From Candidatus Altiarchaeales archaeon (GTDB taxonomy: Archaea; Altiarchaeota; Altiarchaeia; IMC4; QMZM01), in contig JAHEXG010000002.1 in assembly GCA_023252215.1 (NCBI GenBank), positions 16,315-80,314 on the forward strand: a stretch of 64,000 nucleotides of DNA. The letters are read 5' to 3'. Position 1 is the stretch's first letter. Each line of letters starts with the position of its first letter. The translations under genes were made by a program, and so were the position numbers. Under the pieces are notes generated by a model, which was not told the DNA's origin, did not search any database, and was given only the letters and a program-made list of their open reading frames with translations. Shown here one piece after another: positions 1-9,167 of the stretch.

Positions 1-125
1 AAGGATACGGAGCGGGCACAAAAGATTTGGAGATACCGAACGTGCTGGAAGTCAGGATGATCGCCTGAAAGCCCAATTATAGTATTATTTTAAAGGCTGT
101 TACCCAGTTATTTCTAGTACACGAA

Positions 126-1337
126 ATGGATGAACTCTTAGACAGGGAATATGACGTAGTCATAGTAGGAGCAGGCCCCGCGGGAAGCTCTGCGGCAAAG
201 ATACTCGCCGCAAAAGGCGTAAAGACCCTGGTCGTGGACAAACGCCAGGAAATAGGAGCGCCCAAAAGATGCGCCGAAGGCATAAGCTGCGGAGGCATGA
301 AAAAAACCGGGCTGAAGCCTGACCCGGCGTGGGCCATGCAGGAAATCAAAGGCTCGATAGTCTACTCACCCGCCGGACGGTCCCTTATCGTGAAGACAGA
401 AGACATCGGAGGCTACGTCGTCGAGCGGAAGATATTTGAAAAACACCTGGCAAGGGATGCCATCAACGCAGGAGCCAGGTACATGGTCAAGACCCTGGCC
501 ACTGGAGTTATAAAAGAAGAAGGCATAGTCTGCGGGATAAAAGCAGAATACATGGGAAAAGAGCACACAATCAGGTCCAAGATAGTGATAGCAGCCGACG
601 GCACAGACTCAAGGATTGCCAGGAGCGCGGGCCTGGACACGTCCAACCCGCTCAAGGACTATCATTCGGGATTCCAGTACGAGATGGCGGGCCTGAAGAA
701 CTGCGACCCAGAGATGCTGCACATCTATTTCGGGAACGGCCTAAAACTCGTAAGCTACATATGGATCTTCCCGAAAGGCCGCGGCACCGCAAACGTTGGG
801 ATCGGCATGATAGGGAAACACTCTGAACAGGGGAACAAGGCAAGAGAATGCCTGGACAGGTTCATAGAAAAACACCCGGAGATATTCGCAGACGCAAGCC
901 CCATAGAGATAAACACCGGAGGCATACCCGTAGGCTCGGCCATAGATACGATGGCGATCGACGGCATGATGGTTGTCGGGGACGCAGCCCACCAGGTGAA
1001 TCCCATACACGGAGGAGGAATCATCCTTGCAATGCATGCGGCTCAGATGGCGGCGGAAGTGGCTGCGTCAGCCATCGCGGCAGGAGACTATTCCAGGGAA
1101 AGATTATGCGAATATGAGAATAGATGGAGGGAATCCGACGGAGTAAAGGTACAAAGACTGCTTAAACTGCGATTGTTCCTTGAAAAACTGGAAGACAAAG
1201 ACCTGGAAATGTTTTTCTCCCTGCTCACAAGCGAAGACATGATGAGGATAGTGGAAGGAGACTACAAATTCCTGACCATAAAACTCATGAAAAACGCGCC
1301 CAGGATATTGCCCCTGGCAAAAAAATTCCTGATCTGA
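126..1337 (+). CDS. Geranylgeranyl reductase family flavoprotein (digeranylgeranylglycerophospholipid reductase-like)
   Basis: 403 aa. N-terminal FAD Rossmann motif VVIVGAGPAGSSAA. Length and layout fit archaeal GGR. Confidence 0.8.
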   Translation: MDELLDREYDVVIVGAGPAGSSAAKILAAKGVKTLVVDKRQEIGAPKRCAEGISCGGMKKTGLKPDPAWAMQEIKGSIVYSPAGRSLIVKTEDIGGYVVERKIFEKHLARDAINAGARYMVKTLATGVIKEEGIVCGIKAEYMGKEHTIRSKIVIAADGTDSRIARSAGLDTSNPLKDYHSGFQYEMAGLKNCDPEMLHIYFGNGLKLVSYIWIFPKGRGTANVGIGMIGKHSEQGNKARECLDRFIEKHPEIFADASPIEINTGGIPVGSAIDTMAIDGMMVVGDAAHQVNPIHGGGIILAMHAAQMAAEVAASAIAAGDYSRERLCEYENRWRESDGVKVQRLLKLRLFLEKLEDKDLEMFFSLLTSEDMMRIVEGDYKFLTIKLMKNAPRILPLAKKFLI

Positions 1338-1368
1338 CGTTTTAATTCTCTCCTCGTAAATAATATCT

Positions 1369-1833
1369 ATGGACATCAGAATAAAACTCTACCTGACCAC
1401 GAGATCCGATCCCGTAAGCGACCTGGACGACGTCAAAGACCTGGAGGGCCTCAAGAAATGGAGGAACGAAATTAAGCCGCACGCGCTCAGGATAATAGAA
1501 CTCGGGCAACTGGACAACGAACTCATAGACAACCTCAAGGGATACACGATACAGGAATGCTACGCGGTAGTAACACATCACCCCGAGAGATGCCAGGAAG
1601 CTGTGCACATAGCAAAGCTCACAAAGGATTTTTTGAGAAAGCACGTAAAAGAACTCAAATGGGGCCTCGAAGAAACAGGGCTCTCCGCAACCTCCATGAA
1701 AAAACTGGCCGACGAGAACCCGGCCCTGGACAAAAAACAGGTATTCGAGAACTTCACGTACGGCATCGTCGCAGACAAGAGCCTTGCCATCGACGACTAC
1801 GAGGTAACGCTGGAAGCGGTAGTGAAGAAGTAA
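1369..1833 (+). CDS. Hypothetical protein, 154 aa
   Basis: Clean ORF directly downstream of the GGR gene on the same strand. No motif recognised. Confidence 0.45.
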   Translation: MDIRIKLYLTTRSDPVSDLDDVKDLEGLKKWRNEIKPHALRIIELGQLDNELIDNLKGYTIQECYAVVTHHPERCQEAVHIAKLTKDFLRKHVKELKWGLEETGLSATSMKKLADENPALDKKQVFENFTYGIVADKSLAIDDYEVTLEAVVKK

Positions 1834-1961
1834 TACATCCGCCTGTTCGTCTGGTTGCAGTAGACGGTTCTTCTTTCCTCAGCTATGCCTCCCGCAACAT
1901 GAAAATCCATCATGAGCACGTATCCCCCTGTCGTTAATTCATTAAAAAACCAAGATTATTC

Positions 1962-2520
1962 ATGTGCCCGGACAGGTCCGTCAGCGACAAGACCATACTG
2001 GAACATTTCACAGAAGATTTCTGCAGGATCCTTGAAAGACACTGCAAATACATTATAGTCTCAGGATTCGTTGCCATAGCCCACGGGAGAAGCCGCGGAA
2101 CCGAGGATATAGGCGTCATAGTGGAGAGTATCACTCAAAAGGAGTTCACAACCGCTCACGGGACTGTACCTTTATTTTTCTAGCATAGAGGCGAATATCG
2201 CCTTCAAGGAGGAATTCCTCAAGTCCGAAAAAGACCTGAAGGATGCAAGACACCTCAGAGTAATCTATTCCGAAAAGCTGGACGAACCCGAGATACACAA
2301 GATAAAAGAACTAATAAAAAAACGCAAAAAATGAGAGACAAAACGCACACCGACCACGTCGAGAGATGGGCAAGGCACGTAAAGGAAACCCCCAGAAGCG
2401 AATAGGTAAAGGAAATCAAGCCACTCATAGACTCGCAGATAATCATGGCGAACCGCTTCTACGCAAGGCTCGCAAAAGAGAAAGGCGTAACGGAAAAGAT
2501 AAGAAAGACAAAAGGGATAT
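1962..2520 (+). pseudogene. Decayed gene remnant: degenerate minimal nucleotidyltransferase-like N-terminus continuing through several frame changes
   Basis: ORF 1962..2183 carries an HGRSRGTEDIGVIVE stretch resembling the GS-x-D-x-D nucleotidyltransferase motif. Coherent peptide continues in the +1 frame after a T-run (ctttatttttc) to 2334, then in two more frames (2332..2405, 2395..2520). Confidence 0.3.
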
Positions 2521-2740
2521 AACGCATACCATCGATCGTGTCTGCTGTTTGTCGTTATCAGGACGCGGCCTGCGCAGGTATTTTTCTCAGGCGTATATCT
2601 CCCATAGAGTAAATGTGTCTTTCCTTGGTTACCCGATGCACGGCATGATACGCCATCTTCGACTGATTTTCAGTCTAATCTGATTTATCTGATTAATATT
2701 TATACTCTGAATACCCATATTATTCCAAGAGGTATTAAAA

Positions 2741-3004
2741 ATGGCAAAAAAAACAGTAGAATGCTGTTCCACATGCTGCAAAGTGGAAGCGCTCGTATCC
2801 GTGGACGAACGGGGCCAGATGGTCCTGCCAAAGGGCGTAAGAGAAAAGATGGACGTGAAACCCGGGGATAAATTGTCCCTTGTGAGCCTGAGCTGCGGAG
2901 GAAAGGTCAGTTGTCTCGCACTCGTCAAGGCAGAGGATCTCTCACAGATGGCAAGCAATTTCCTCGGCCCGGTGTTGAAAGATCTGGAAGGAAACAAAAA
3001 ATGA
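2741..3004 (+). CDS. Small AbrB/MazE/SpoVT-type (swapped-hairpin) DNA-binding protein with N-terminal CC-x2-CC cysteine cluster; putative regulator of the downstream ars operon
   Basis: 87 aa. ECCSTCC followed by VSVDERGQMVLPKGVREKMDVKPGDKLSL, an AbrB-like motif. GAGGT 7 nt upstream of ATG. Stop overlaps arsM start (ATGA). Confidence 0.6.
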   Translation: MAKKTVECCSTCCKVEALVSVDERGQMVLPKGVREKMDVKPGDKLSLVSLSCGGKVSCLALVKAEDLSQMASNFLGPVLKDLEGNKK

Positions 3005-3819
3005 AAAAAGAAGAGATCAAGGAAAAGGTAAGGGAAAGATATGGAAAATTCGCAAAACAAGGAACATCGTGCTGCGGGAACGGCTGCGGCTGCGCGGACA
3101 ATTCCGCAGAAAATATGAGCAAGTTGGTCGGTTATTCGGATGAAGATATCGGATCCGTGCCAGAAGGATCAAACCTTGGACTAGGCTGCGGTAACCCGAT
3201 CGCTCTGGCTTCTTTGAAGGAAGGTGAAACAGTCCTCGACCTTGGATCGGGCGCTGGCTTCGACTGCTTTCTTGCGGCAAAGAAGGTCGGGAAAAAAGGG
3301 AAAGTGGTCGGCGTGGACATGACTCCGGAGATGCTGAAGCGGGCTAGGGAAAACGCATCGAAGGGCGGTTATAAGAACGTCGAATTCAGGGAAGGGGAGA
3401 TCGAAGCGCTTCCGGTCGAGGATAATTCCATCGATGCCGTGATCTCTAATTGCGTGATCAATCTCTCGCCCGATAAGGAGCAAGTCTTCAGGGAGATGTA
3501 CCGGGTCCTCAAAAAGGGAGGCCGGTTCATGGTCTCTGATATCACGCTCGCAAAAGATCTTCCAAAAGAATTGCGCAACTCGATTGCCGCGTACGTCGGC
3601 TGCATTGCAGGCGCGATAACCAGGGAGGAGTACCTCTCGGCGATAAAGAAAGCAGGATTCTCGGACGTAAAAATCGTGAAAGAGGAGCCTTTCCCCTTGG
3701 ATGCCGTGGACGATCCTTCCATAAAAGACATATTCGACAAACTGGGGATGAGTAAAGAAGAGCTCTTAAAGGCCGCACCATCGGTCGTAGGCTTAAAGGT
3801 GCGGGGCATAAAGGCGTGA
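3001..3819 (+). CDS. arsM: Arsenite S-adenosylmethionine methyltransferase-like (ArsM/UbiE-type SAM methyltransferase with conserved cysteines)
   Basis: SAM motif VLDLGSGAGFD. ArsM-type Cys clusters CCGNGCGC and GLGCGNP. ORF-track start 2911 is an over-extension; ATG at 3001 is coupled to the upstream gene. Confidence 0.75.
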   Translation: MKKEEIKEKVRERYGKFAKQGTSCCGNGCGCADNSAENMSKLVGYSDEDIGSVPEGSNLGLGCGNPIALASLKEGETVLDLGSGAGFDCFLAAKKVGKKGKVVGVDMTPEMLKRARENASKGGYKNVEFREGEIEALPVEDNSIDAVISNCVINLSPDKEQVFREMYRVLKKGGRFMVSDITLAKDLPKELRNSIAAYVGCIAGAITREEYLSAIKKAGFSDVKIVKEEPFPLDAVDDPSIKDIFDKLGMSKEELLKAAPSVVGLKVRGIKA

Positions 3820-3830
3820 GGGGATACAAG

Positions 3831-4409
3831 ATGAAACGTTCTCTTCCGGCGCAAACGATATTGCTCCCTTCTCCCGTGCTCATAATCGGAACATACGGCC
3901 CCGACGGCAGGCCTAACATAATGACTGCCGCCTGGGGAGGAATATCATCAAGCAAACCGCCGTGCATCAGCGTATCTCTCAGGGAGGCAACGCTCAGCTA
4001 TCACAACATCAAAGAGGCCGGCGCATTCACCGTGAATATTCCCTCAGAAAAGTATTACAAGGAAGCGGACTACGCAGGCATGGTATCGGGAAGAGAATGC
4101 GACAAATTCAAGGAGACCCGCCTCACTGCGATAAAGAGCAAACTAGTCAACGCCCCGATGGTGAAAGAATTTCCCTACGCGCTCGAATGCAAGCTGATAA
4201 AGGAGATAGGTCTGGGCCTGCATACGATGTTCATCGGAGAAATTGTGGGAATGTTAGCCGATAGCGAGGTTCTTAATCCAAACCAGGTCCCGGACATCGA
4301 GAAGGTGCGACCAATTCTGTTCGGCTCATTCGGCAGCATGGCGTACTATAAAATCGGCGACAAATTAGGCGATGCGTTCTCCGTTGGAAACGAATTACGA
4401 AGGGAATAA
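3831..4409 (+). CDS. Flavin reductase-like FMN-binding split-barrel protein
   Basis: Short sequence similarity to flavin reductase domain proteins (GTYGPDGRPNIMTAAWGG...). GAGGGG 7 nt upstream of ATG 3831. Immediately follows arsM. Confidence 0.65.
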   Translation: MKRSLPAQTILLPSPVLIIGTYGPDGRPNIMTAAWGGISSSKPPCISVSLREATLSYHNIKEAGAFTVNIPSEKYYKEADYAGMVSGRECDKFKETRLTAIKSKLVNAPMVKEFPYALECKLIKEIGLGLHTMFIGEIVGMLADSEVLNPNQVPDIEKVRPILFGSFGSMAYYKIGDKLGDAFSVGNELRRE

Positions 4410-4422
4410 AAATAGAACAAGA

Positions 4423-5193
4423 TCATATCTTCATCTTCTTGAAGGCTTGTGTACCGACCAGTATCATCGCCGCAGCAAACGCGGTTATCACCGCAAAATC
4501 GAGCATTATCGGGAACGTCGATCTTCCTATCATCGCCGCCCGGATGCCGTCCACCGAGTAGGTTACGGGGTTTACGTATACGAACGGGGACAGATACGCT
4601 GGCAGATTGTCTATTGGAAAGAATGCGCCGGACAGGAAGAACATCGGGAATATGACGAAGCTGCTGACCAATTGGAATCCTTCCGGGCTCTCCATCTGCG
4701 AGCCCATTATCAGGCCGATGCTTACCGCCGCAACTATTGTTATGAATATGAAAACAAGAGAGATGAGCAGGTTCGATAAGTCCAGGCGGATACCTGGCAT
4801 CAATCCAGCCGAGGCAAAGGCATAGCCTACTGCCAGCAGGATTATTATCTGTATCAGGGTATCGGTCGCGCCCCCTGCGATCTTGCCCATGAATATGGCC
4901 GTGCGGGACAACGGAGAGACCAGGACCTCTTTTAGGAAATCGATCTTCTTGTCCCAGACGATGTATACTCCGAAGAATATGGAGGAGAAAAGGATGGACT
5001 GTATCAACACCCCCGGAAAAATGAATGTCTGATAATTTACTCCCGATATATTGACAGCCGAGCCTATTCCCCCGCCTATCACAAGGAACCAGAGTATGGG
5101 ATTCACTATGGAGGCAACGACGCGAGACTTCTCCCTTATGAAAACCTTGTATTCGCGGTACCAAAGCGCATATATCCCCTTTAGATAGCCCAT
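4423..5193 (-). CDS. ABC-2 family transporter permease
   Basis: 256 aa, about 6 predicted TM helices, ABC-2 type N-terminus (YALWYREYKVFIREK). Confidence 0.7.
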   Translation of the reverse strand: MGYLKGIYALWYREYKVFIREKSRVVASIVNPILWFLVIGGGIGSAVNISGVNYQTFIFPGVLIQSILFSSIFFGVYIVWDKKIDFLKEVLVSPLSRTAIFMGKIAGGATDTLIQIIILLAVGYAFASAGLMPGIRLDLSNLLISLVFIFITIVAAVSIGLIMGSQMESPEGFQLVSSFVIFPMFFLSGAFFPIDNLPAYLSPFVYVNPVTYSVDGIRAAMIGRSTFPIMLDFAVITAFAAAMILVGTQAFKKMKI

Positions 5194-5277
5194 CCTGTTA
5201 TAGATATGGCGATTGCTTCAATTAAATCGAGGGAGGATATTGAACGCATTTTATTTTCTGGAACGTAAATAATCTCT

Positions 5278-5721
5278 GTGAAAAAGGATAAAGACGCAAA
5301 AAAAGCCAGAATAGATATCAGGCTAGTAAAAGACTGGCCTGCTCCAGAGATAATCGCCTTATACGAGGCCGCAGGCTGGTGGGACGGATCAACTAAGTCC
5401 AGCGTGAAGAATAACATCTCCGGCAGCTTTGCTTTCGCGGTGGCTGTTGACAGCGAAACCGGAAAAGCGGTAGGTATGGGCCGAGTCCTCTCAGACGGCG
5501 TATCCGACGCATACGTCCAGGACGTCATAGTGCTGCCTGCGTACAGGAAACAAGACATAGGTAAAAAGATAATTTCTGCTCTGCTCGGTGAATGCGCAAA
5601 AAAAAATGTTTCATGGGTCTCACTTATCGCAGAATCCGGAACCATAGATTTCTATTCCGGCCTGGGCTTCAAGGTAATGAAAGGCCACACTCCAATGAAA
5701 TACCAAGGAGGCCAAAAATGA
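5278..5721 (+). CDS. GNAT family N-acetyltransferase
   Basis: 147 aa. Acetyl-CoA motif-A-like QDIGKKII and GNAT-like layout. Probable GTG start. Confidence 0.6.
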   Translation: MKKDKDAKKARIDIRLVKDWPAPEIIALYEAAGWWDGSTKSSVKNNISGSFAFAVAVDSETGKAVGMGRVLSDGVSDAYVQDVIVLPAYRKQDIGKKIISALLGECAKKNVSWVSLIAESGTIDFYSGLGFKVMKGHTPMKYQGGQK

Positions 5722-6614
5722 TCCTACTCGAGGATTACCGGCCCGTGTCTTTGGCTGACCGGGCTCTTTTCCAGGATTATTTTGCCAGGTTCCCCCAGAC
5801 GCATACGGAATACCTTTTCACGGGCTTTGTCAGTTGGTCGCATTATACGCCTGTTTTCTATACTATAAAAGAGGGAACTCTTCTCATCATGAACCGGATG
5901 GATGGAAGGCCTCAGTTCCGGCCGCCTGTCGGGGAAAGAAATGAAAAAATCCTAAAAGAAGTATTGTCCCTGGCCAAAAAAGAGGGCGATTCGCACGCAG
6001 TCATGGCAATAGACGAAAATGCGAAGGATTGGATCAGATCGGTTTATCCTGAAATGAAGTTGCAGGCTGACAGGGACTTTTCCGATTATGTTTATCTTGC
6101 AAAGAACCTTGCGAATCTTCCGGGGAAATCCTACCTGAACCAGAGGAACCATTTGAACAAGTTCCGCAGGAAATACAAATACTCGGTGGAAAAGATCGGC
6201 CCGGAAAACAAACAGGAGGTCGGCGAGTTTTTGAAAAGATGGTGTCTTGCGCGGGACTGCGAAGAGCACCGGATGCTGGAAGAAGAAAAGACGGCAATAC
6301 TGTATTGCATGGAGCACTTCTTCGAACTCGCGCTCTCAGGGATATGCATAAGGATAAAGGGAGTAATACAGGCGCTGTCCGTGTGGGAGCAGATGAACAG
6401 TGAAACAGCCGCCATACACTTCGAGAAAGGAATGCCCGAATACGAAGGCATATATCCTGCGATAAACAACGAGGCTGCAAAGATACTGGCAAAGGACTAC
6501 AAATACATAAACCGGGAATCAGACCTCGGCATCCCCGGCCTGAGAACCGCAAAGGAGAGGCTTCACCCGGACCACATGGCCGCCCTATATTACATAAACA
6601 AAGAAGACCTATAG
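5719..6614 (+). CDS. GNAT-fold protein resembling DUF2156 (lysyl-PG synthase C-terminal-like) domain
   Basis: AAGGAGG SD before ATG 5719. The longer track ORF from 5592 is an over-extension. Family assignment is by weak recall only. Confidence 0.45.
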
Positions 6615-7583
6615 CTATCTGCCGCTCCTCGCATGCATGACTTTGTCGCCCCAGCCGCCTTCCGGGGAGCCCTCCCGTATTGCCTTCCCGGTGTAATGTA
6701 TGAAGACGTCGTCCAACGTGGGCGACCGCACCACCACAGAACTCACTTTTCCGACGACCCCGAGTACCTCCTGCAGGTGGGCGCTTGCATCGTCCACTGT
6801 CAAGTGTATCTCCCCGTCCAGCCAGGAAACATTGGTTACGTACTTGAAACTCTTAAGAGCCTCAAGATTCGGCCTCTCCGCGGAGAGCTTTATTATGTCT
6901 CCGCCCAGCTCCTTTTTCAGCTTCTCCGGAGTGTCAAGAGCCACGATCTTCCCGTTATCGATTATGGCCAGCCGGTCGCAGAGCTTATCTGCTTCCTCCA
7001 TATAGTGCGTGGTGATTATTATCGTGATATTCTCCTTCTTCGCAAGAGCCGTTATATACGCCCAGATACGGTCCCTAGACTGAGGATCCAGGCCGATAGT
7101 GGGCTCGTCTAAAAACAGTACCTTGGGGTGGTGCAAAAGACCGCGGGCGAGTTCCAGCCGCCGCCTCATACCGCCCGAATATTTCTTGACAAGATCGTCC
7201 TTTCTATCGGTCAATTCTATCAAAGAAAAGACCTCTTTGATACGCGCCTCTTTGAGGTCGTCCGGCATGTCATAGAGCCAGCCGTGCAATTTCAGATTCT
7301 CATAACCAGTCAACAACTCGTCCGAACTAGGGTCCTGGAACACGATACCGATAGCCTTCCTCACTTTGTCCGGCTGTTTTATGACGTCCAAGCCGGCAAC
7401 CTTCGCAGTACCGGACGTGGGAGGAATCAACGTAGTCAGCATCAAAAGAGTCGTAGTCTTCCCCGCCCCGTTCGGCCCCAGAAGGCCGAATATCTCGCCT
7501 TCCTCGATCTTCAGGCTAAGCTTGTCTACGGCGGTAAATCCGTTATAGGATTTCGTCAGGTTATCGGTTTCTATGACGTACAT
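6615..7583 (-). CDS. ABC transporter ATP-binding protein
   Basis: Walker A GPNGAGKTT, signature LSGGMRRRLELA, Walker B LFLDEPT. Confidence 0.85.
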   Translation of the reverse strand: MYVIETDNLTKSYNGFTAVDKLSLKIEEGEIFGLLGPNGAGKTTTLLMLTTLIPPTSGTAKVAGLDVIKQPDKVRKAIGIVFQDPSSDELLTGYENLKLHGWLYDMPDDLKEARIKEVFSLIELTDRKDDLVKKYSGGMRRRLELARGLLHHPKVLFLDEPTIGLDPQSRDRIWAYITALAKKENITIIITTHYMEEADKLCDRLAIIDNGKIVALDTPEKLKKELGGDIIKLSAERPNLEALKSFKYVTNVSWLDGEIHLTVDDASAHLQEVLGVVGKVSSVVVRSPTLDDVFIHYTGKAIREGSPEGGWGDKVMHARSGR

Positions 7584-7923
7584 AAAAGTCGTCCCTCAGG
7601 GGAGTTAATATATTAAATCCGCCAAATTTAAAGAGCCTTGCAGATAGCCCGTCTTATGCTTAAACGGATACGTTACCGGGAGAAAAGCAGGATATCCGAA
7701 AGAAGTAACCCAGGCAACGCAATAAATCAACGTAACAGTTGGGTCAAAAGACCCCACCAAAGTGATTTCTTTTCTGCCAACATCATTTAAAAGAAGTCAG
7801 TACATAGGTCAGGGCTGGGGAGCTTATTACATGCCCGTCGCCTGCATGAATTAAGCACAGCCGGTACTGGCCATCCTTTAGGACTACATACATATTTTAA
7901 CCCTTTAATCCATTAATCTATCG

Positions 7924-8445
7924 ATGCCGGATGCTTTAATCGCCCAGTTTACAATCAAGGGCGCCGACGGTGAGGCCCAGGATGTAGGGTATAGGGTTTT
8001 TATCCTGACTGCTTTAAAGGGTTATGGAATAGATGTTTCCATGCCCATTAACGTACCAGGCGGCGGGGTCAAGGTAACTGTCCGAGGCGATGAGAAAACC
8101 GTCAGGGACGCCATAGAAGAGCTGCGGAAGACTAAACCAGATGTCAAGAAAGTCGGCAAGGTGGACGTCTCTGATCCCGTATTCGGCTCCTTTGACTTCA
8201 AGCCCTTCACTAATGAGGACATACAACTCCTAACCCTTAACCAGCTTAGCAAAGGGATCCCGGCTATCATCCGCATGGATGAAAAGGTCGACAGCATCGG
8301 CGGAGACATAGGAGACATGAAGGGAGTGGTTACAGGCCTCAACAACAAATATCACATTATCTCAAGAACCCTGAATTATCAGCTGATCGGCATAGCCCTC
8401 CTTGTATTGATGGCATTATGCGCCCTCGTCTTTCTGACGAGATAA
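7924..8445 (+). CDS. Membrane-anchored protein with acylphosphatase-like N-terminal domain
   Basis: QDVGYRVF...VKVTVRGDEKTVRDAIEELRK resembles the acylphosphatase fold (compare the HypF N-terminus in this window). C-terminal hydrophobic helix. Confidence 0.4.
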   Translation: MPDALIAQFTIKGADGEAQDVGYRVFILTALKGYGIDVSMPINVPGGGVKVTVRGDEKTVRDAIEELRKTKPDVKKVGKVDVSDPVFGSFDFKPFTNEDIQLLTLNQLSKGIPAIIRMDEKVDSIGGDIGDMKGVVTGLNNKYHIISRTLNYQLIGIALLVLMALCALVFLTR

Positions 8446-8533
8446 AGACCTTCTATGTGGGGTCTTTCAGACCCCACACTTCTTTCTTTTTCCGTAAACG
8501 CTTTTTCTTTCTTCTTAAGAAAGAAAAAGGGTT

Positions 8534-8671
8534 TGCCGAGGGCGGGACTTGAACCCACGACTTCCACGTTTCTCCGCTCCTTTTGTGGCCTTTTGAGTAC
8601 CAATTCAATTTTGTACCCTGTCGGGTACGGGCTTATGAGCGTGGCACTCTAACCAGCTGAGCTACCTCGGC
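8534..8671 (-). tRNA. tRNA-Met(CAU) (elongator or Ile2-type) with about 64-nt intron after position 37
   Basis: Manual fold of the reverse complement gives acceptor GCCGAGG/CCUCGGC, D-arm GCUC-AGCUGGUUA-GAGU, anticodon stem CCACG, loop CUCAUA[intron]A, T-arm GUGGG-UUCAAGU-CCCGC, discriminator A. No CCA encoded. Confidence 0.7.
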
Positions 8672-8804
8672 GTTTTTTTCGCACGCTGGGATGTCGACCT
8701 GCGGGTCGCCATCTCGACGTATTCAACCAATTTAGGGGTTGTAGGTTAGAATTGGGGGCTATATATTTAAATTTCGAATACCAATATGATAGGTTATATC
8801 TTTT
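8672..8804. promoter_or_regulatory. Divergent intergenic region between tRNA-Met (-) and tRNA-Tyr (+), with AT-rich palindromic TATA-like element atatatttaaat (8761-8772)
   Basis: TATA-like box about 35 nt upstream of tRNA-Tyr. The same palindromic element could serve the minus-strand tRNA-Met with an about 65-nt leader. Confidence 0.3.
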
Positions 8805-8970
8805 CCCGTCTTAGCGTAGACTGGTTAACGCGGCCGGCTGTAGTTTTGTTTTGAAGAGTCTTTTCTTTGCGGGGCTCTTATTTGGCCGTTTTAGTCGATT
8901 CGTGTTCAAGGTGCTTGGCCTTAGTAAAGCAGGTACCGGCAGACCCCCGGTTCAAATCCGGGAGACGGGA
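8805..8970 (+). tRNA. tRNA-Tyr(GUA) with about 91-nt intron
   Basis: Acceptor CCCGUCU/AGACGGG, D-arm GCGU-AGACUGGUUA-ACGC, anticodon stem GCCGG, loop CUGUAG then intron, stem CCGGC, T-arm CCCGG-UUCAAAU-CCGGG, discriminator A. Confidence 0.65.
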
Positions 8971-9022
8971 TATATTTTTATATTTAGCCCTAAAAAACAG
9001 ATAATATTTACTATTGATCTAT

Positions 9023-9095
9023 GCCCTGATAGTGTAGCGGCCTATCATGCAAGCCTGTCGAGTTTGCGACTCGGGTTCGAATCCCGATCGGGGCG
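9023..9095 (+). tRNA. tRNA-Asp(GUC)
   Basis: 73 nt. Acceptor GCCCUGA/UCGGGGC, anticodon loop CUGUCGA, T-loop UUCGAAU, discriminator G. No intron. Confidence 0.85.
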
Positions 9096-9167
9096 CTTAT
9101 TTCTTTTTTATAACTGTAGGTATTGTCATTGAATTTTTATTCTTTGAATACGTTATGTGTATAATAG

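Noticed and set aside
1-125. Possible 3' end of an upstream gene
   Set aside because: Only about 20 codons are visible before a stop, with no motif. It cannot be supported.
2366-2683. 105-aa highly basic ORF (MGKARKGNPQKR...)
   Set aside because: Arg/Lys-rich composition arising from an A/G-rich decayed region. Overlaps better-supported frame fragments, so it is treated as part of the pseudogene stretch.
8851-9132. 93-aa ORF MKSLFFAGLL...
   Set aside because: Lies entirely across the tRNA-Tyr intron, its 3' exon and tRNA-Asp. It is an artefact of RNA genes.
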